Origin: Enterobacteria phage mEp390 | Length of the DNA stretch: 40,029 nucleotides | Sequence record: NC_019721.1 | Direction: 5' to 3' (one strand) | Part shown: piece after piece, positions 27,045-35,125 of the stretch | Layout: each line of letters begins with the position of its first letter | Position numbering within the stretch: the first letter of the stretch is position 1 | Made by a program: the position numbers and the translations under genes | The notes under the pieces: generated by a model | Databases searched by the model: none | What the model was told of the DNA's origin: nothing | The model's input: the letters and a program-made list of their open reading frames with translations, nothing else

Positions 27045-27870
27045 GGATAGTTTCTCCGTGTTATAAGCGCTCTGCACAGCGCTGATTTTTGGTTGCACGA
27101 ATCCCTCGCCGTTTGGCGACAAAAAATAAAGGGGTTTCGTTTTAGTAAGCACCCAACCAGGGCACTTAGTGAAACGGGCGGCTGCCACCACCAATTAGCT
27201 TCTCCACAATTGGGAGCGCGTTCCCCTGAGTTGATTTAACGACTGAGGCCTCTCAAGGAACTGGCCGAACGCGCTTTCAGTTGTGAAAAGGGGCGGTCGA
27301 CATTAAGGACATTCACAACTGCCGACCGCCAAGACTACACACAGCATCTGGTACAGCTACTACGGTTTACACAACTGGAAGCGCACTCCGTTCGTTTACT
27401 TACCTGTCATCCACAACCGATAGTTGATGGAATGCGCTTTCATGTTGTGTGCCGGTCTTTCCCGGCTGTCAGTTCTTTATTGCCATTTGAACTCATCGGC
27501 CTAACGTGTTTTAACGACCTTTCCCGTTTGCATAATCTTGTCGCGGCGGTTATCGCTGCCGAAGCGCCACTGTCCAGGACATTTATCAGGACCGTCTCCA
27601 AGTGGTAACTCTTCCAGTCCCGCTAAGCACCTGCAGAGATGCTTAGCGTGATTGGCTGATATCCTCGTCTCTTCCGAGGTGTCACACCGTATCGCCACGC
27701 TGGTGAAGCGTCTCTGGCTGTCGTACACAACTGTCTTGCACATTCCGGCTACCCGCTGGATCTGGATACTGAAAGGAATCCACGGACCGCTGCGGCACAT
27801 GTGCCATATACCGTACTGCTTACTACCACACCGGCGCAGGTAAATGTCAGTACCTGTGGCGTGATTTAAA

Positions 27871-27921
27871 TGTAGGATATCTTACTTCATTGTGTCAACA
27901 CTTAAAGTAGGAAAACTTACA
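27871..27921. promoter_or_regulatory. oL operator sites / pL region
   Basis: GTAGGATATCTTAC and GTAGGAAAACTTAC, same family as the three sites upstream of cro. Confidence 0.6.
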
Positions 27922-27930
27922 TTGATAGTG

Positions 27931-27954
27931 AAAAAAAACCGACAAGAATGTCGG
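27931..27954 (-). terminator. intrinsic terminator downstream of cI (minus strand)
   Basis: on minus strand CCGACA-TTCT-TGTCGG followed by T8. Confidence 0.65.
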
Positions 27955-27972
27955 TCTTTAGAAGAGGGGATT

Positions 27973-28629
27973 TTACAGGTCAGTAACTACTTGTTTTACT
28001 ACACCAACAATTTTGCAGTTACCATTTACTTCCATAACACGATAGTTAGGGTTCAGCGGAACAAGATATTTTAATGGCCCATCAATAACAAACTTTTTGA
28101 GAGTTGCCTCAGCAGAACCGACAATTTGAGCGACAACAATTTTTCCATTTACTTCTTGTGGGCTGCCGTAATCGGGGTCCACCACGACGAATGAGCCTTC
28201 CGGGATACTTGGTGCTCCGTTTGGATTTGTCATCGAGTCACCGCGAACACGTAGTGCAAAACCTTCATCTGATAAGCTGGCCGTAGTGAATATCCATTCG
28301 GAAATATCACCTTCAGTTATTGGAGCTCCACTCTCTGTCCATTCCCCAGCCTGTACCCAAGATAGGATAGGGATTTTCTTTACACCAAACTTCTCAGTCG
28401 GCTTATAAAGAATCTCGTCACAGTCTGGATCACCGTGTCCCGTAATTATCCACTGAGGGTTAGTTTTTAAGGCAGCCGCCAGCCCCTGTAGGTTAGAGCC
28501 ACCAGGTTCATAATCACCAGACTCCCATCCTGTAACCGTTACTCGGTTTACGCCTACCAGCTTGGCGAGAACAGCCTGGGTGAGCTTCAGCTCTTTGCGT
28601 CTTGCGCGGATGCGTTCATTCATTTTCAT
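27973..28629 (-). CDS. cI: CI-like repressor (HTH plus S24 autopeptidase domain)
   Basis: 218-aa ORF with XRE-type HTH (LTQAVLAKLVGVNRVTVTGWE) and S24 motifs (GDSM, later Lys); start codon abuts first operator. Confidence 0.88.
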   Translation of the reverse strand: MKMNERIRARRKELKLTQAVLAKLVGVNRVTVTGWESGDYEPGGSNLQGLAAALKTNPQWIITGHGDPDCDEILYKPTEKFGVKKIPILSWVQAGEWTESGAPITEGDISEWIFTTASLSDEGFALRVRGDSMTNPNGAPSIPEGSFVVVDPDYGSPQEVNGKIVVAQIVGSAEATLKKFVIDGPLKYLVPLNPNYRVMEVNGNCKIVGVVKQVVTDL

Positions 28630-28691
28630 GTAGGCAATCCTACCATTTTATGATGTAGGAATCCTTGACCTCTTAATGTAAGATATCCTAC
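28630..28691. promoter_or_regulatory. oR operator sites with pRM/pR
   Basis: three 14-bp sites GTAGGCAATCCTAC, GTAGGAATCCTTGA, GTAAGATATCCTAC spaced about 23-25 bp between divergent cI and cro. Confidence 0.65.
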
Positions 28692-28728
28692 TATCATGAT
28701 GTGTGTTTCCCTTACATTTGAGGCAAAA

Positions 28729-28926
28729 ATGAAAAAAGATGATGTGGTTTCTTACTTCGGCAGCGTGGGGAACGTAGCGAAGGCATTAGGAATTTCCCAT
28801 GCATCGGTTTCTGGGTGGGGTGAAGTAATCCCAAAAGGTAGGGCATTTGAGATTCAGGCACTGACTTCTGAAAAGCTGAAAGTCGATCCATCCCTTTACG
28901 CAAAGCCTAATCAAAACGCTGCTTAA
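28729..28926 (+). CDS. cro: Cro-like HTH regulator
   Basis: 65-aa product from ATG after GAGG RBS (MKKDDVV...), HTH-like VAKALGISHASVSGW; divergent from cI. Confidence 0.65.
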   Translation: MKKDDVVSYFGSVGNVAKALGISHASVSGWGEVIPKGRAFEIQALTSEKLKVDPSLYAKPNQNAA

Positions 28927-28962
28927 TTTTAACTACCAAAGGAAATACAAAGGGGTAGGTGA

Positions 28963-29418
28963 ATGGATTACGAATTTTTTGAGCGACTTGGTAAATCAAT
29001 GCCAGGGTCCGTAGAAATTGACCGAGAAAACTCAACGGTAACGCTTACGGGTTGGAAGTTAGAAAAGTTTGACTATGCCAACAACCAAAAGCAGTGCGCC
29101 GATAGTATCGAAGATCAGCCCAGCGGGTTTAGGACTTCTCCACTTAAAAGTGAAGACACGTTCCCGAAAACAATTCTCTTGGTAAATGGCGGTTTTAAGC
29201 GGGTGGTTAATCCACTCACCAATACCGATTCCCACGCATCCAAGAGCGATAAGACCTGTAGCACCTGCTGGAAATGCGGGGAACATACCAGCGCCAGCAA
29301 GCAAGAAAACGAAAGCTCCGAGAGCAATCAGTACCTTGTACCAGGCATCAAGGGCCAACTTAGAAAGTGGATTTTGCAAGTTCGTAGATTCCTTTTTACG
29401 CCGATAGGCAAATTCTAA
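28963..29418 (+). CDS. hypothetical protein in cII position (low confidence)
   Basis: 151-aa ORF with strong GGGGTAGGTGA RBS and purine-rich first codon positions; C-terminal half low complexity; fully overlapped by an antisense ORF. Confidence 0.35.
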   Translation: MDYEFFERLGKSMPGSVEIDRENSTVTLTGWKLEKFDYANNQKQCADSIEDQPSGFRTSPLKSEDTFPKTILLVNGGFKRVVNPLTNTDSHASKSDKTCSTCWKCGEHTSASKQENESSESNQYLVPGIKGQLRKWILQVRRFLFTPIGKF

Positions 29419-29434
29419 GCGAAGGAAAAACAAC

Positions 29435-29905
29435 ATGGTAGAGCCAAGCCTGAAAGAAGTAGTGAAAACGATGTGCAAAGCGTACCCGGGTGGCCGTGAG
29501 GCTATGGCCGGTGCTCTCGGCATGTCAGTGACGCAGTTCAATAACAACCTGTACGAGAAGAACGGCTGCCGCTTCTTTGAAGTGAACGAGCTGGAAGCGA
29601 TGGAAGACATTTCAAACACGTCTCTCCTGGCTGATTACTTCGCGCAACGTCGCGGCGCTCTGCTGGTGGACGTTCCGCAGTTGGAAGACCTCGATCGCGT
29701 AGACCTGTTTACCCGCGCAATGAGAACTGCAGCAGCACGCGGTCAGGTTGATCAGATTATCCAGAAAGCCCTGGAAGACGGAGTGATTGAGCCGCATGAA
29801 GCCGAAGAGATTAACGAGCATCACCGCCGTCATCTGGCAGCGCGTGAAGAAGAAATACGCGCGATTGTTGCGCTGTTTAGCCGTAAGAAAAGCCCAAAAA
29901 AGTGA
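29435..29905 (+). CDS. phage regulatory protein CII-like (CP76 family)
   Basis: 156-aa ORF, AAGGA RBS; sequence MSVTQFNNNL... resembles CP76-type CII regulators as recalled. Confidence 0.5.
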   Translation: MVEPSLKEVVKTMCKAYPGGREAMAGALGMSVTQFNNNLYEKNGCRFFEVNELEAMEDISNTSLLADYFAQRRGALLVDVPQLEDLDRVDLFTRAMRTAAARGQVDQIIQKALEDGVIEPHEAEEINEHHRRHLAAREEEIRAIVALFSRKKSPKK

Positions 29906-29967
29906 CGCCAGCGGGCGTGCAGGCCCCTGGCGTCTTGGCGTGTCGTATTCAGTGGAGAAACTAACGC

Positions 29968-30306
29968 ATGAACAGTTTAAACCGATTGAGACCAGCGAAG
30001 CAATTCAGATGCCTTCCACTGGTGGGAAAAGACTCCCCGTTCGGCTATGTGGAGAGATTAAACGACCAGCCTGGTGTGAACAACTACCAGCCTGAGAACG
30101 CGATGGTAGAGGCTTTTGCTCTGATGAACGAGAAGGGGCGTGAGGAATGGCTGAAGTTAACCGGCGGTTCAAAGACCACTACGGCGTCCCGGTCCATGTC
30201 ATCAGATGGGAGCCACAGACTCGACGCGTTATATACCTTCGCGAAGGTTACGATCATGAGTGCTTCAGCCCTCTTGAACAATTCCAGCGTAAATTTACAG
30301 AGTTAA
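29968..30306 (+). CDS. hypothetical protein (uncertain; only N-terminal part looks protein-like)
   Basis: 112-aa ORF with GGAGAAA RBS; C-terminal portion Ser/Thr-rich and overlapped by ORF 30147..30332 in another frame. Confidence 0.3.
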   Translation: MNSLNRLRPAKQFRCLPLVGKDSPFGYVERLNDQPGVNNYQPENAMVEAFALMNEKGREEWLKLTGGSKTTTASRSMSSDGSHRLDALYTFAKVTIMSASALLNNSSVNLQS

Positions 30307-30332
30307 AGGACGACCATGAGCAGAATCTTTGA
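30147..30332 (+). CDS. hypothetical small protein
   Basis: 61-aa ORF with GAGG RBS, end overlaps replication gene start. Confidence 0.35.
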   Translation: MAEVNRRFKDHYGVPVHVIRWEPQTRRVIYLREGYDHECFSPLEQFQRKFTELKDDHEQNL

Positions 30333-31269
30333 CATCGTCCAGTCAATGTCAGGCCAGAAGAACGTCATTGTTCTTCCCAGGCCGTACCTGCTGTTCTTTA
30401 AAGAAGACCAGCAGGCTCATGCGCTGGCGGCAGTTCTTAACAACCTCGTTTTCTGGTCAGCTTTTGGGGGAGAAGACGGCTGGTTCTATAAAACTCACAA
30501 GGAGCTTGGAGCTGAGGCTGGCGAATTAACCGAAGACCAGACAGAGCGGCTGGTTAAAAAGCTGGTAAACAAGTATCTGCCTGGCGTGATCGAGACCTGT
30601 TCTCGAAAGGTCAATGGCACGCCAACCAAGCATTATCGTATCGACGGCGATGCTCTAATTTCATTAATCTTTCCAGAAAATAACGATTACGCAAAAGTAC
30701 GGAATGGAAAACGTGAAGATGCGGAATCAAAACCGCGAAACTGCGTTTCTCAATCCGCGAATAACAGTAATCTTGGGAGCCGCGAAAGTACGGAATCCTA
30801 TCTCTATACAGACTTTAATACAGAGTTAAACAAGCAGACTATTAAACCTATTTGTCCGGTTGCGCCGCAACCAGACGGTGATGTGTTGATCACCGATCAG
30901 GCTAAACAGGTTTTGACCCATCTGAACCAGGTGACCAGTTCGCGTTATCAGGTCTCAACCACTTCGCTGCAAAACATTCGTGCCCGAATTGGGGAAGGTT
31001 ACACCGTTGAAGAGTTATCACTGGTGGTGGACTACTGCAACGCCAAGTGGAGCGAAGACCTGACGATGGCGGCCTACCTTCGACCACAGACGCTTTTCCA
31101 ACCTTCCAAATTCCCTGGCTACCTGAAGTCAGCCAACAGCTGGGCCAAAGCTGGGCGTCCTCGTCGCGTCAACGGAGAGTGGGCCCGAGAAGATGGCGTA
31201 TTCCGTTCCAGCTTCCAGAACACTGACTACAGCAGAATACCGGCAGGTTTCAGAGGAGCGAACTCATGA
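30316..31269 (+). CDS. replication protein (conserved phage C-terminal domain)
   Basis: 317-aa ORF in the O position after cro/cII-like genes; C-terminal segment resembles the conserved phage replication-protein C-terminus. Confidence 0.6.
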   Translation: MSRIFDIVQSMSGQKNVIVLPRPYLLFFKEDQQAHALAAVLNNLVFWSAFGGEDGWFYKTHKELGAEAGELTEDQTERLVKKLVNKYLPGVIETCSRKVNGTPTKHYRIDGDALISLIFPENNDYAKVRNGKREDAESKPRNCVSQSANNSNLGSRESTESYLYTDFNTELNKQTIKPICPVAPQPDGDVLITDQAKQVLTHLNQVTSSRYQVSTTSLQNIRARIGEGYTVEELSLVVDYCNAKWSEDLTMAAYLRPQTLFQPSKFPGYLKSANSWAKAGRPRRVNGEWAREDGVFRSSFQNTDYSRIPAGFRGANS

Positions 31270-31586
31270 TGGAATTAACGCCGCGTCAGAGTGAAGTGCT
31301 GGATGCCATAGTGCTCTACAAGGACAGAACCGGATTCCCGCCCACGATGCTTGAGCTTGCCGGGTTAATCGGCTGTGCATCACCGAACGCTGCTGCTGAG
31401 CACGTGAAGGCGCTCAAGAAAAAGGGTTACATCTCCATTGCTCCTGGCGCTGCCAGGGGCATTACCATCGTCAAAAGTGAATGGGATACAGATCCTGTAT
31501 CGATCGTTAGAGACCTGTTAACCGGTGGAGACAAGGCCAGAGATAACGCTGTTGAATGGCTGAAAAAACAGGGAGTCACTTTATGA
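31266..31586 (+). CDS. LexA N-terminal DNA-binding domain homologue lacking peptidase domain
   Basis: LTPRQSEVLDAI...GFPPT...SPNAAAEHVKALKKKGYI...GAARGI aligns closely by eye with E. coli LexA residues about 4-70 as recalled; only 106 aa. Confidence 0.55.
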   Translation: MMELTPRQSEVLDAIVLYKDRTGFPPTMLELAGLIGCASPNAAAEHVKALKKKGYISIAPGAARGITIVKSEWDTDPVSIVRDLLTGGDKARDNAVEWLKKQGVTL

Positions 31587-31972
31587 AACTGGTGCTCCCA
31601 TTCCCGCCGAGCGTAAACACCTATTGGCGAGCTCCTAACAAGGGGCCGTTAAAAGGCCGCCATCTTATCAGTGAGAAAGGCAGGGCATATCAGAGTGCGG
31701 CCTGCGCAGCGATTATTGAGCAGCTGCGTTGCCTTCCTAAACCATCATCTTCACCAGCTGCGGTGGAGATCCTTCTCTTTCCGCCAGATGCACGCCGCCG
31801 CGACATCGACAACTACAACAAGGCTCTGTTTGACGCGCTTACTCACGCTGGCATCTGGGAGGATGACAGTCAGGTTCAGCGAATGCTGGTGGAGTGGGGC
31901 CCTAAAGTTCCGGGTGGCAGAGTTGAAATAGCGATCACTAAACATCAACCATCTGTAGGGGGAATAGGGTGA
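31583..31972 (+). CDS. rusA: RusA-family Holliday junction resolvase
   Basis: start at ATG after GGGAG RBS (MKLVLPFPPSVNTYW...); RRRDIDN and AGIWEDDSQV motifs match RusA. Confidence 0.8.
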   Translation: MKLVLPFPPSVNTYWRAPNKGPLKGRHLISEKGRAYQSAACAAIIEQLRCLPKPSSSPAAVEILLFPPDARRRDIDNYNKALFDALTHAGIWEDDSQVQRMLVEWGPKVPGGRVEIAITKHQPSVGGIG

Positions 31973-32958
31973 GAGCCATACTGACACCTGAAGTTGCGCC
32001 AATGTCCGGGGTGGTGCTGTTCCGGCCAGGAAATGAGTTGCTGTGGTTGTTTCGTCGCGGCCGGGTGGTTATTGAAACGCCATCTGAAGCTATTCAGCAT
32101 CTGCCATCTGGGCTGATTCCTGAAGCTCACCAGCCACTGACAGATGATGACAGCATGCAGGAACTTTTACTGAACGATCGGGTTATTCTGCGTGCTGGTG
32201 GGCTTAGCAGTCTTGATGCCTGGCTGGAAAGAAAATTCGAATGTCAGTGGCCCCACAATGAATGGCACTCAAAGGACTTTACGGTGATGCGTCACGCACC
32301 CGGAAGCATTCGTCTTTGTTGGGGATGTGATAACCAATTACGTGAACAAACCACTGAAAGACTGGCAGGAATTGCCATGCAGAACCTGTTAAAATGGCTG
32401 CTCGAACGGGTGAATATTATGCTGGGCTTTAGTGCAGACCACACCCTGACGTTACCGGAGTTCTGCTGGTGGATGGTACGTAACGATCTGGCCGACCTTA
32501 TTCCTGAATCAGTGGCCAGTAAAGCCCTCAGGATTAAGCCTGAATCGCACAGCCCAGTAATGCGAGAAAGCGACATTGTTCCGTCATTACCGGCAACTGA
32601 AATCCTCCAGGAGAAAGTTAAGAAGATAGTCTCGGTGAAGGTCGATCCTGAATCACAGGAATCTTTCATGCTGAGGCCAAAGCGTCGCCGCTGGGAGAAC
32701 GATAAGTACACCCGCTGGGTTAAGTCGCAGAAGTGCAGTTGCTGCAATAACCCGGCAGACGATCCCCACCACCTGATAGGCCACGGGCAGGGTGGAATGG
32801 GTACCAAAGCGCACGACCTGTTTGTGATACCGCTGTGCAGAGCGCATCACGATGAGTTGCACGCTGATCCTGTGGCATTTGAAGCGAAGCACGGCGACCA
32901 GTTAACGCTGTTGTTTCGGTTTTTAGATCGTGCGCTGGCAATTGGCGTATTAGCATGA
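31969..32958 (+). CDS. DUF968-like protein with C-terminal Cys/His HNH-like motif
   Basis: 329-aa ORF; C-terminus CSCCNNPADDPHHLIGHGQGG...CRAHHDELH. Confidence 0.55.
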   Translation: MRAILTPEVAPMSGVVLFRPGNELLWLFRRGRVVIETPSEAIQHLPSGLIPEAHQPLTDDDSMQELLLNDRVILRAGGLSSLDAWLERKFECQWPHNEWHSKDFTVMRHAPGSIRLCWGCDNQLREQTTERLAGIAMQNLLKWLLERVNIMLGFSADHTLTLPEFCWWMVRNDLADLIPESVASKALRIKPESHSPVMRESDIVPSLPATEILQEKVKKIVSVKVDPESQESFMLRPKRRRWENDKYTRWVKSQKCSCCNNPADDPHHLIGHGQGGMGTKAHDLFVIPLCRAHHDELHADPVAFEAKHGDQLTLLFRFLDRALAIGVLA

Positions 32959-33338
32959 AAAGTGGAGAAAACATGCGTGATATTCAGATGGTTTTAGAGC
33001 GCTGGGGTGGATGGGCCGCGAGTGATAGTTCCGGAGTCGATTACTCATCAATAGCCGCTGGTTTCAAAGGACTTCTTCCCCCGACAAGCAAATCCCGCCC
33101 GTCATGTACTGATGACGATGCCCTAATTATCGAGGGGTGTTTAGCTCGACTTCAAAAACGCAAGCCCTATGAACATTCGCTTTTGGTTGCACACTATCTC
33201 TATGGCATATCGAAGAGGAAAATAGCGAAAGCACGTAAGAAGGATGAGAAGATAATTAGAATAGAGATACAGATGGCCGAAGGCTTTATCGATGGATGTC
33301 TTTCCATGCTTGACGTTTGTTTAGAAATGGATTGTTAA
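32955..33338 (+). CDS. late-gene antiterminator Q-like protein
   Basis: 127-aa ORF in Q position before the lysis cassette; N-terminus MRDIQMVLERWGGWAA resembles Q-family antiterminators as recalled. Confidence 0.6.
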   Translation: MKSGENMRDIQMVLERWGGWAASDSSGVDYSSIAAGFKGLLPPTSKSRPSCTDDDALIIEGCLARLQKRKPYEHSLLVAHYLYGISKRKIAKARKKDEKIIRIEIQMAEGFIDGCLSMLDVCLEMDC

Positions 33339-33348
33339 ATTAAAGAAG

Positions 33349-33381
33349 CCCCGTAAATTATTGTATGAAATTACGGGGTTT
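33349..33381. terminator. convergent terminator hairpin shared by Q and the TIR-like gene
   Basis: CCCCGTAA-N14-TTACGGGG stem with T-rich flanks on both strands. Confidence 0.5.
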
Positions 33382-33399
33382 ATCAGTTGTCAAATTTCT

Positions 33400-34218
33400 T
33401 TATTCAGGGCTTGGGAAAGCGTTTGGTGGCATAAATTGTTGGAGGGCATATCTTATTTGAAGTCTAATGTAGTCCTCTGGAAAATCAGATCGATCTAAAG
33501 ATGATATAATTTCTTCTTCGTTAAATATGCCTGCCTTAATCATTTCATTTATCTTTGTCTTCATGCGCATTAAAATGTCTGTTCTGTTTATCTGGCGCGG
33601 GTATCGGATATTCGCGGAAATTTCACGAGAGTTGCTTTCTAACTCTCTAACTTGATGGGCTAAAATGCGTGTGTTGTTTAAAATTTCAGCCAACATGTCT
33701 TTATCAGTGCGAGCTGGAACGACCTCGTTAGGTTGATTATTGCTGAGGGCTCTACTAAATCCTTCTTCAAATTGAGGCCAGTAAGTTTCAAAAGCCTTTG
33801 CCAGGATATCATCAGGTAATTTACTTTCATCAAGTAATGAATTAATTGTTTTGAGGAGTTTAAAAACGCTATCTTTATTTTGAGTTGTATGGTTGAACTG
33901 AGAAAGTGGTGCTTCTAGGTCTTCAGGTTTTAAATCAATCAAAAATGTACACACTCTATTATCAGGAAGCCCTTTTGTTAGTGCTCCCGTTTCGAAAAGA
34001 ATCCACGGTTTATTTTTGTTTTCTTGAGTCAAGAAAACTACGCCTATTGAGACGTCCTTTAAAATTTCATTAATTTCGGAGAACCAGATTGCACCACGGT
34101 CAATATCTTTAGTTGAAATCCAAGGTTGTGCTGCTTGAATTACGCACTTCAACCATCCATTAAATTCTTCAGCAACAGCTTGGCTACGGTTTCCAGACCA
34201 ACTTAAGAATATTTTCAC
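33400..34218 (-). CDS. TIR-like domain protein with C-terminal helical domain of unknown function
   Basis: 272-aa ORF, GTG start with AAAGAGGT RBS; N-terminus KIFLSWSG...DIDRG..W....I.E.L....VVFLT...W.LFETGAL fits TIR beta-alpha pattern; markedly AT-rich. Confidence 0.55.
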   Translation of the reverse strand: MKIFLSWSGNRSQAVAEEFNGWLKCVIQAAQPWISTKDIDRGAIWFSEINEILKDVSIGVVFLTQENKNKPWILFETGALTKGLPDNRVCTFLIDLKPEDLEAPLSQFNHTTQNKDSVFKLLKTINSLLDESKLPDDILAKAFETYWPQFEEGFSRALSNNQPNEVVPARTDKDMLAEILNNTRILAHQVRELESNSREISANIRYPRQINRTDILMRMKTKINEMIKAGIFNEEEIISSLDRSDFPEDYIRLQIRYALQQFMPPNAFPSPE

Positions 34219-34362
34219 AAAGACCTCTTTATTTGGATCATTCAGGATAGGAGGTTAACTGTACAATGGAAAAAACAAAAAATCATTAACGCGGTCCGCA
34301 ATTTTTAGTTTACTCTGTTAAGAGTGGTTTCTTCGCCACGGACTTAAAACGAATCCTAAACC

Positions 34363-34415
34363 TCGCTACGGCGGGGTTTTGTCATTTTTGAGGCTACCTG
34401 CGGGTGGCCTTTTTT
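34363..34415 (+). terminator. tandem hairpins upstream of holin, probable tR'-type late terminator
   Basis: CCTCGC-TACG-GCGGGG-TTTT and GGCTACC-TGCG-GGTGGCC-T6, 45 nt before holin start. Confidence 0.55.
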
Positions 34416-34461
34416 GTTTCCCCTCAATCTGAGAGGACTCACGGCAATAAGAGGGGGCTAA

Positions 34462-34857
34462 ATGTCCGATCCTGTTTCTGGCACTACGGTAGCTGCTGGT
34501 GGTCTGATGGGGGCCAGCATGTTCGGCCTGGCAACCGGCATAGATTACGGTGTGGTGTTTGGCGCATTCGCTGGCGCGGTGTTCTACGTCGCTACGGCGG
34601 TTAATATCAGCCGCCTTAAGCTGGTGGGTTACTTCATCACCTCATTCATCTTCGGCGTTATCGGCGCGCCACTGCTTGGCTCTTATTTCTCCAAATGGAC
34701 GGGGTATAGCGACAGGCCACTTGATGCGCTGGGCGCGGTAATAGTTGCCGCAGTGGCTATTAAGCTGCTGACGTTCGTCAACAGTCAGGATTTGGGTAGC
34801 CTGTTTGGAATTCTCTCTCGCTTACGTGGAGGAGGGGCCAGCAATGGTAACAAGTGA
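34462..34857 (+). CDS. holin
   Basis: 131-aa ORF with several hydrophobic helices, first gene after late terminator. Confidence 0.65.
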   Translation: MSDPVSGTTVAAGGLMGASMFGLATGIDYGVVFGAFAGAVFYVATAVNISRLKLVGYFITSFIFGVIGAPLLGSYFSKWTGYSDRPLDALGAVIVAAVAIKLLTFVNSQDLGSLFGILSRLRGGGASNGNK

Positions 34858-35125
34858 TCCGAGTGCGATGGTGAACGCCGTTATTTGCGGCGTAATCGTC
34901 CTTGTCCTGATGTTCTACCAGCGAGGTGGGGCGAGACATCGCCCACTGATCTCGCTGATGGCTTATTTCACGGTTCTGGTATACGCCAGCGTTCCTTTCC
35001 GTTATCTGTTCGGCCTGTACCATGAATCGCACTGGTTTGTGGTGCTGGTGAACGTCCTGATATGCGCTGCCGTTCTCTGGGCTCGGGGAAACGTGGCGCG
35101 TCTGGTTGATGCACTGAGGCACTAA
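34844..35125 (+). CDS. holin-like membrane protein
   Basis: 93-aa product from ATG after GGAGGAGG RBS; two to three hydrophobic segments. Confidence 0.5.
   Translation: MVTSDPSAMVNAVICGVIVLVLMFYQRGGARHRPLISLMAYFTVLVYASVPFRYLFGLYHESHWFVVLVNVLICAAVLWARGNVARLVDALRH

Noticed and set aside
27501-27800. 99-aa minus-strand ORF considered as an N-like antiterminator downstream of pL
   Set aside because: No arginine-rich motif, Cys-rich random-looking composition, no RBS; more likely non-coding.
29059-29619. 186-aa minus-strand ORF with membrane-like hydrophobic segments opposite the cII-position gene
   Set aside because: It shares the codon register of the plus-strand ORF, the classic antisense shadow frame. 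Its third codon positions are T-rich (CTT-dominated Leu), no RBS precedes any candidate start, and the best internal start would overlap the start codon of the downstream CII-like gene. Kept only as a low-priority alternative.
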